From the NCBI GenBank assembly GCA_013416795.1, contig RQSC01000014.1, forward strand, positions 416,612 to 428,328: a stretch of DNA of 11,717 bases, in the 5' to 3' direction. Source of the DNA: Prasinococcaceae sp. CCMP 1430 (Eukaryota > Plantae > Prasinodermophyta). The position numbers and the translations under genes are program-made. This document shows, piece by piece, positions 1 through 5,061 of this stretch; position 1 is the stretch's first letter, and the number at the start of each line of letters is the position of its first letter. The notes below the pieces were generated by a model. That model saw nothing but the letters and a program-made list of their open reading frames with translations. It was not told where the DNA came from and searched no databases.

Positions 1-140
1 GGGGGGGAGGAGCCACAGGTCGCGCGTCGCGGCCGCTACGCTGCGCGGCCGCAGCGCTCGCGCGCACGCGCCCCGCGCGCGCTCGCAGGTTGCCGGGCAG
101 GGGCCGCTCGGTGCGCCTCCGCGCGGCGGGAGGTCTACAG

Positions 141-182
141 GGCGCCAACTTCAACGCGCGCAACGCCTTTATCGGCGGCTAG
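141..182 (+). CDS. Possible terminal coding exon of an upstream gene (GANFNARNAFIGG*)
   Basis: CTACAG acceptor-like site ends at 140. It is followed by 13 codons with almost all G/C third positions and TAG at 180-182, then AT-richer UTR-like sequence. GANFNARN resembles an ankyrin-repeat turn (GAxxNAxx), but it is too short to identify. A second acceptor-like site (GCTCGCAG) ends at 88. Confidence 0.3.
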   Translation, partial: GANFNARNAFIGG

Positions 183-446
183 TCGCTGGTGAATTTTGGC
201 GCGTCGCCGCGCTTTGACGTGCAAGCAGTGGCTCTAAACAACATGCTCAGCAAACTCAACCGCTGGCGCTAGACTTGCAAAAAAAGGCAAATACAAAAAC
301 ACTCATAACTCGCCGCTCCGGCGTCGTTTTTGTACTTTAAAAAGCGCTGTGGCCTCGCTGCAGCCTGCTTCATCCGCTGCTGTGCTCACAATGCGCAAAA
401 AAAGGCGGCGAGAACGCTCGCGGGTGGCCGCCGCGGCACGCCGCAA

Positions 447-482
447 AGCCTGAAAACCCTACCCTGAATTCAGGGTAGGGTT
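447..482. repeat. Palindromic module copy 1 (AGCCTGAAAACCCTACCCTGAATTCAGGGTAGGGTT); perfect 30-bp palindrome at 454-483 centred on GAATTC
   Basis: Direct base-by-base check: AAACCCTACCCTGAATTCAGGGTAGGGTTT is its own reverse complement. The same 36 nt recur at 547-582. Confidence 0.97.
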
Positions 483-548
483 TAGGGTTTAGGGTTTAGG
501 GTTTAGGGTTTAGGGTTTAGGGTTTAGGGTTTAGGGTTTAGGGTTTAG
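481..548 (+). repeat. Telomeric tract 1: (TTTAGGG)9 + TTTAG
   Basis: Nine perfect plant/green-algal telomere heptamers at 481-543, then a partial unit ending at the second module. Confidence 0.98.
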
Positions 549-582
549 CCTGAAAACCCTACCCTGAATTCAGGGTAGGGTT
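547..582. repeat. Palindromic module copy 2 (exact 36-nt repeat, offset 100 bp); 28-bp palindrome at 555-582
   Basis: Identical to 447-482. Confidence 0.97.
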
Positions 583-654
583 AGGGTTAATTAGGGTTAA
601 TAGGGTTTAGGGTTTAGGGTTTAGGGTTTAGGGTTTAGGGTTTAGGGTTTAGGG
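581..654 (+). repeat. Telomeric tract 2: variants TTAGGG, TTAATTAGGG, TTAATAGGG, then (TTTAGGG)7
   Basis: Variant units at 581-605 and seven perfect heptamers at 606-654. Unique GC-rich sequence resumes at 655. Confidence 0.97.
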
Positions 655-751
655 CGAGGCAGGCGTGGCACGGGCAGACGCGCGGGGGAAGGGCGGGCGC
701 GGGCGTGCGGCATGACGGCGACGATCCTTGCGCCTGCGCGTCGGAGCCTCT

Positions 752-825
752 CTGACGCCGTCGGTCCCTTATGCGCCCCCCCCGGCGGGGCTGCCTGGCG
801 GCGACCCGCGCGCTCGCAACCGCAG
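752..825 (+). other. Intron 3' end (branch point CTGAC 752-756, acceptor CCGCAG ending 825)
   Basis: The AG at 824-825 is the first AG downstream of CTGAC, and coding-like sequence (GTC GAC ATG TCG CTC GAC GAC) starts exactly at 826. The donor is uncertain: GTGCGG at 705, or GTGGCC at 424 upstream of the telomere array. Confidence 0.65.
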
Positions 826-1461
826 GTCGACATGTCGCTCGACGACATCGTGAAGGCCAAAAAGGAAGCGGCCAAGAAGAAGGCGCAGAAGGCGAAGGCA
901 GCCAAGACACCCAAGAGTAAGAAGGCCACGCCCAAGAAGGCCAAGGCTGCCAAGAAGGCAAAGGCCGCTAAGACCCCGAAGAGTGTCAAAAAGGCCGCCA
1001 AGGCGCCCAAGAAGGCGGCCAAGGCCGTGACGGTGAAGGGCGTGGCGAAGAAGGCCAGCGCGAAGCGGGAGGCGCAGCTCGCGGCCAAGCGCGGGCTGAA
1101 GAGCGCGCCCAAGCTGAAGGCTGCTGCGCAGAAGATGAAGGTCAAACCAGGCGGGATCTTCGGCAATCGCAGTGGTGGAAAGGCGCCCAAGGCGAAGAAG
1201 GCGAAGAAGGCGGCGAAGAAGGCCACGCCCGCCAAGGTGACGCCCCGCGACATCAAGATTACCATCAAGAACACAGGCGGTGCCAAGAAGGCAGGCGCAA
1301 AGCAGCAGAAGGGCGTGCGCATGCCGCTGGGCGACAACCCGCCCAAGAAGGCCGCGGCTGCTCTCAAGCCCAAGGCAGGCAAGGTCGGCAAGGGGAAGGC
1401 GACGCCCAAGAAGGGCAAGGCGACGCCCAAGAAGGGCAAGAAGGCGGGCAAGAAGAAGTGA
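826..1461 (+). CDS. Lys/Ala-rich basic nuclear protein with N-terminal UAP56-binding motif (VDMSLDDIVK); UIF/FYTTD1-like mRNA export adaptor candidate
   Basis: DMSLDDI(I/V)K is the UAP56-binding motif of ALY/REF and UIF/FYTTD1 proteins. There is no RRM, so it is not a canonical ALY. G/C third-position bias is strong from 826, with stop TGA at 1459-1461. First usable ATG is 832; the track ATG at 712 lies in intron-like sequence. Confidence 0.7.
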   Translation, partial: VDMSLDDIVKAKKEAAKKKAQKAKAAKTPKSKKATPKKAKAAKKAKAAKTPKSVKKAAKAPKKAAKAVTVKGVAKKASAKREAQLAAKRGLKSAPKLKAAAQKMKVKPGGIFGNRSGGKAPKAKKAKKAAKKATPAKVTPRDIKITIKNTGGAKKAGAKQQKGVRMPLGDNPPKKAAAALKPKAGKVGKGKATPKKGKATPKKGKKAGKKK

Positions 1462-1510
1462 GGACAGTGGCCTCTCACCCATTAGGACCACTAGCTCGTA
1501 GGAACCCACC

Positions 1511-1515
1511 TGTAA
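1511..1515 (+). terminator. TGTAA polyadenylation signal
   Basis: Chlorophyte UGUAA signal about 50 nt after the stop at 1461, in an AT-richer patch. Confidence 0.6.
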
Positions 1516-1600
1516 ATTCAAACTCAATTGTCTCACACGTGTATTACGACCGAGCGGTCGGCTCCAAGGGGGCGCTCGCGTGGTCCTCCGCGCGCGCCTC

Positions 1601-3637
1601 TCAGAAGTTGGCGAACGCACGCCGGGCCTCCGGCGTCGGGTGCGGCGGCGCCGGGTCGTCGACCCAGCCACTGATGCGCGACTTGTCCTTCTTGAGGCGC
1701 GAGGGCTCAAGGGGCGGCGCGAGCTTGCGCGAGCGCAGCTGCTCCCACGGGAAGTTGTGGAACCACGGGTGAGCCTTGATCCCCGCCACGCCCAGCGCCG
1801 AGTGGCCGAGGCGCTGACTGGGCTTGCGCTGCAGCAGGCCGCTGATGAACGACACGGCGTTCTTGGAGAGATACGAGGGGAAGTTCACCTCCCAGCTCGG
1901 GTTGATGATGCGACGCATGATCGCCATGGCGTCCTCCGATGGCCGGCCGAACGGCTGCTGCCCAGTGAGCAGCACGTACGAGAGCACGCCCAACGACCAC
2001 CAGTCCACCGACGTGTTGTAGCCGTTCGCGAGGATGTTCTCGGGCGCGACGTACCCGGGCGTGCCGCAGAAGGTGTACGTGCGGCCGTCCTCCGAGTTTA
2101 GCTCTTTCGCGAAGCCGAAGTCGGCCAACTTGATGTAGCCGTTCGAGTCGAGCATCACATTCTCCGGTTTCAGATCGCGGTACACGATGCCTTGCGAGTG
2201 AATGAACTCCAGCGCAAGCACGAGGCTTGCGACGTAGAACTTGGCCGTGTCATCGTTCATTCCCATGAGGACGCCGTCGTCCTTGCGGTTGCTCTTGACA
2301 CACTCGTGCCACTTGCGGGGGGTCTGGCGCACCTCCGCGACCAGGATCAGGGCGTCCATGAGGTCACCGCAGTCGACGTAGTCGAAGACGAAGTACAGGT
2401 ACGACTCGTCGTGGAACGTGGCGTACTGGCGCATGATGAAGGGGTGCTGCAAGGTGCGCGTGATCCTCTGCTCACAGAAGACGTGGTCGGAGCAGTGCGC
2501 CACGTCGTTCTTGCGCATGCGCTTCAGTGCGTACTCGCGCTTGGTGGACCTCTCGCGTACGAGGAACACCGCCGAGAAGGCGCCGAAGCCCAGCAGTTTG
2601 ATGCGCGCGAGGTTGTCCACATCCACCTCGAGCTGAGCGCCCTTTTCAAGCTCAACCAGACGCTGCTTGATGTTTTCGGACGACTTCTCGCGCTCCATGA
2701 TCGCTTGGAGGGGGCCCAGGACCTCGTCGAAGACGCAACGGTGCAGCACGAGCACCTCAAGAACGTCCGACACCGCGCGCACCGTGGCGTTGCGGGGCTC
2801 GTCCTTGAGCAACGCTCTCTCACCGAAGAAGTCCGCGCGAAATAGCTGGTTGACCGTCTTCTGCGCCTGGCCGTCGTCGATGGTTACGGTGGCCTCGCCG
2901 CTCTTGACGATGTAGAAGGCGTCGCCCATCTGCCCCTCACGCACGACGACGTCGCCCGCGCGAAATTGCTTCTCCTCCATCGCATCGACCAGGCGCAAGC
3001 GCTCGCGCGAAGTCAGGTTTTTCAGGAGCGGCACGCTGTTCAGGAACAGCTCTAGCTCGCTCGTGTCGGCCTGCACCGCCTTGCGCAGGTTGCGGCGGAA
3101 GGCCGCGCGCTCGACAACGAACACCTCGGCCTGCGTGACCGCCGCGACCGTAGCCGAACGCTTGGTGCGCATGAATAGCGCCACCTCGCCAAAGCATTCT
3201 CCTGGCCCCTTGGTGTTCACGCGGACCGAGACGCCATGCCGCCGCTCCAGCACCTCGAACTCGCCCTTCTTGACGATGTACATCTCGTCGGCCGCCTCGC
3301 CTTCCTCGTCCTCAACGATGAGCAGCTCGCCTGCGGGCACGGAGCGGATGTACACCGTCTCGACGACCTGTCGTTGCGCTGCCGGCTGTAGGCGCGCGAA
3401 CATCGGCACCTTGAGCGTCAGCGTGGCCGCGACGGTGTCCTCGTCTTTGGTTCCCGCGACCGAACCAATTTCGCCCGTGCGGCGCTTGGCCGGCGAGTAC
3501 TGCGCGTTGGCGCCGCCCGAATGCCCGGCGTGACCGGCCGTCACCGCCTTCTGGCCGCCGATGAGCGCGCCGAGCGAGCTCCTGCCCTGGTTGTCGGCGC
3601 CCACGCCGCCGCCGCCACACATACCCAGGAAACCCAT
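1601..3637 (-). CDS. Cyclic-nucleotide-dependent AGC protein kinase (PKG-like): two cNMP-binding domains plus kinase domain; 678 aa from ATG 3637
   Basis: cNMP cassettes FGEVALFMRTKRSAT and FGERALLKDEPRNAT. Kinase motifs GFGAFSAV, ALK, YRDLKPEN, DFG and TFCGTPGYVAPE, with C-terminal FxxF (FANF*). ATG 3637 (MGFLGMC) has context GCCGACATGG. The true 5' end is uncertain because the frame stays open to 4237. Confidence 0.92.
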   Translation of the reverse strand: MGFLGMCGGGGVGADNQGRSSLGALIGGQKAVTAGHAGHSGGANAQYSPAKRRTGEIGSVAGTKDEDTVAATLTLKVPMFARLQPAAQRQVVETVYIRSVPAGELLIVEDEEGEAADEMYIVKKGEFEVLERRHGVSVRVNTKGPGECFGEVALFMRTKRSATVAAVTQAEVFVVERAAFRRNLRKAVQADTSELELFLNSVPLLKNLTSRERLRLVDAMEEKQFRAGDVVVREGQMGDAFYIVKSGEATVTIDDGQAQKTVNQLFRADFFGERALLKDEPRNATVRAVSDVLEVLVLHRCVFDEVLGPLQAIMEREKSSENIKQRLVELEKGAQLEVDVDNLARIKLLGFGAFSAVFLVRERSTKREYALKRMRKNDVAHCSDHVFCEQRITRTLQHPFIMRQYATFHDESYLYFVFDYVDCGDLMDALILVAEVRQTPRKWHECVKSNRKDDGVLMGMNDDTAKFYVASLVLALEFIHSQGIVYRDLKPENVMLDSNGYIKLADFGFAKELNSEDGRTYTFCGTPGYVAPENILANGYNTSVDWWSLGVLSYVLLTGQQPFGRPSEDAMAIMRRIINPSWEVNFPSYLSKNAVSFISGLLQRKPSQRLGHSALGVAGIKAHPWFHNFPWEQLRSRKLAPPLEPSRLKKDKSRISGWVDDPAPPHPTPEARRAFANF

Positions 3638-3886
3638 GTCGGCCGCCTCTGGAGCCGCGCTCGCGCCTGGTGCGCCCGCGCCTGCTTCGGAGGCGCGAAA
3701 GAGCTCGGGCGGGAGCTCGTGCCCCTCGGTCTTCGAGAAGCAGCCCCAGTCGCTGCGCGAGCGCACGAGGTGCGCCCCGCTCACTGGCGCTGCGTCCGGC
3801 CGACCAGTCGACGGCTCCCGGGCCCAGCCGTGATCCGTCGCGGCCACGCGCGGAGGCGCGCTCGCGCCCCCGCCGCGCTGGCCGCG

Positions 3887-4237
3887 CTCGCAGCCCTGGA
3901 TGGCCAGGAAGCGGTAGGGCTCGTCCTTCTCGCGGATGCCATCGAAAAAGATGGGGAGGTAGTAGTGGTAGTCAAGCTTCGCCACGTCCGCCTTCCACTT
4001 GATGCCGTTCTTCGACGCCTTGTGGTCAACCGAGATGGGCAGGTCGCCGCGCTCGTAGTACCTTCTGAACTGCGTGTTGGCCGGGTTGGAACGCACGTCG
4101 AACGCGCCCGCCTTGGGCGGCGCAAGGGGCTTCGGCTCCGGCTTGAACTCGCCCGCCTTGATGCGCTCGCCGTCACCGCGCTTGAGGAAGCGCTTCGGGT
4201 CGGGCTTCTGCGTCTTCCAGCGCAGCGTGCCATCCAC
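3887..4237 (-). CDS. PACRG: PACRG N-terminal half only (flagellar inner-junction protein), in frame with the kinase
   Basis: PPKAGAF...NTQFRRYYERGDLPISVDHK...WKADVAKLDYHYYLPIFFDGIREKDEPYRFLAIQG matches recalled PACRG sequences closely. It includes the FLKRGDGE segment of chlorophyte PACRG. The C-terminal half (ILPVIPQLIIPIK...YMVPTYES) is absent from all ORFs in the window. Confidence 0.9.
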
Positions 4238-4240
4238 GCC

Positions 4241-4241
4241 N
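4241..4241. other. Ambiguous base N, possible collapsed assembly gap
   Basis: The only N in the window, 4 nt upstream of the PACRG ATG. Confidence 0.6.
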
Positions 4242-4331
4242 CCACCCCCGCCCGCCCCGAGCGCGCGCTCGTGTGTCTACGTGACGCCCGCGGTGCGCGC
4301 GTCGGGGAACGCAGCGTGTGCGCATGCGAAA

Positions 4332-4425
4332 CGCATGCGAAACCGCCATCAAAGCCGCGCTTTCGTTTCCGTTTCCGTCCGGGGGAACGCGCGCATGCGA
4401 AACCGCCATCGAAGCCGCGCTTTCG
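4332..4425 (+). repeat. Near-tandem direct repeat CGCATGCGAAACCGCCATC(A/G)AAGCCGCGCTTTCG at 4332-4365 and 4392-4425 (60-bp period)
   Basis: 33 of 34 bases are identical. The flanks (GGGGAACGC...CCGTCCGGGG) are also partly duplicated. CGCATGCG occurs three times (4321, 4332, 4392). Confidence 0.92.
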
Positions 4426-4838
4426 CGTTCGTTCGTCTCCGTCCGGGGCCGCGGGGAAACGCGTCAAAAAATGGTATCGCGAACTTTCATATGAAAGAAC
4501 GCGCGAAACGGCATCCTGCCGCGCACGCGCACGAATCAGATACGAACCCTGCCAAAAAATACCTAAACCCGCTCTGTGGCCTCGTGCGGACGCGGACGGC
4601 AAGGAAAGCTTGAAGGCGGCGTTTTTGGATTATATACAGTCTTACTTCTGTGCCACGAGCGCGCGTGTCTCCCCATGCAGGTGGAATATGTATCATTTCA
4701 TCGGTGTACGGCACGCCCGTACCCAAACCCACCGGCAACACCCCGCCCCCTTCGGGGCCGCCAGCTCAGCGCGGCGCCAGGCCGGCGCGCGCCGCGCGCG
4801 GCCGTTTTTCAATGCTTTGTGATATTTCAAACATGCGA

Positions 4839-4936
4839 ATGCGTTTTTGACATATGGAAAATGAAGCGATGCGTTTTGACTGAGACCACATGCACATCAC
4901 TTTCAAATTCATTTTATTGAGTGAATGCGTTTTGAC
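4839..4936 (+). promoter_or_regulatory. Triple ATGCGTTTT(T)GAC motif (4839-4851, 4869-4880, 4925-4936) upstream of the ABCD gene
   Basis: Three near-identical 12-13-mers within 100 bp of AT-rich sequence. The repeat is certain; the regulatory role is inferred. Confidence 0.55.
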
Positions 4937-5061
4937 GGTGCAGTCGCGCGCCACGCGTGGCTGGCAGCGAGCGGCGGCGCGCGCTCGGTGCGCGCGAGGG
5001 AGCGGGGTTGCGTGTGCACCCGGCGGCGGCGGGGGCGGGCGGCGGCGCGCGCGCGCGCGCA

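Noticed and set aside
347-357. CTGTGGCCTCG shared with 4574-4584, and GTGGCCTC elsewhere, as a regulatory motif
   Set aside because: The core also occurs inside coding sequence (2889) and is compatible with chance in GC-rich DNA.
391-453. 20-aa basic ORF MRKKRRRERSRVAAAARRKA as an independent gene
   Set aside because: It is very short, arises from an A-run motif (GCAAAAAAAGGC) also found at 277-288, and has no codon support. It is kept only as a possible exon 1 for the downstream gene.
447-654. CRISPR-like array (palindromic repeat with spacer)
   Set aside because: Only two repeats, the spacer is telomeric repeat, the context is eukaryotic and there are no cas genes.
712-1461. Histone H1 call for the K/A-rich ORF, and a start at ATG 712
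   Set aside because: There is no globular winged-helix domain, and the N-terminal motif is a UAP56-binding motif. 712-825 has intron features and lacks codon bias.
642-1710. Long antisense ORFs 642..1478 and 769..1710
   Set aside because: They are shadows of the biased Lys/Ala codons on the + strand, giving low-complexity F/L/A or L/G/R products.
3753-3784. 32-nt GTGAGC...CGCAG intron in the PACRG-kinase linker
   Set aside because: It is very short, and removing it links the kinase to a frame with no start or coding signal rather than to PACRG.
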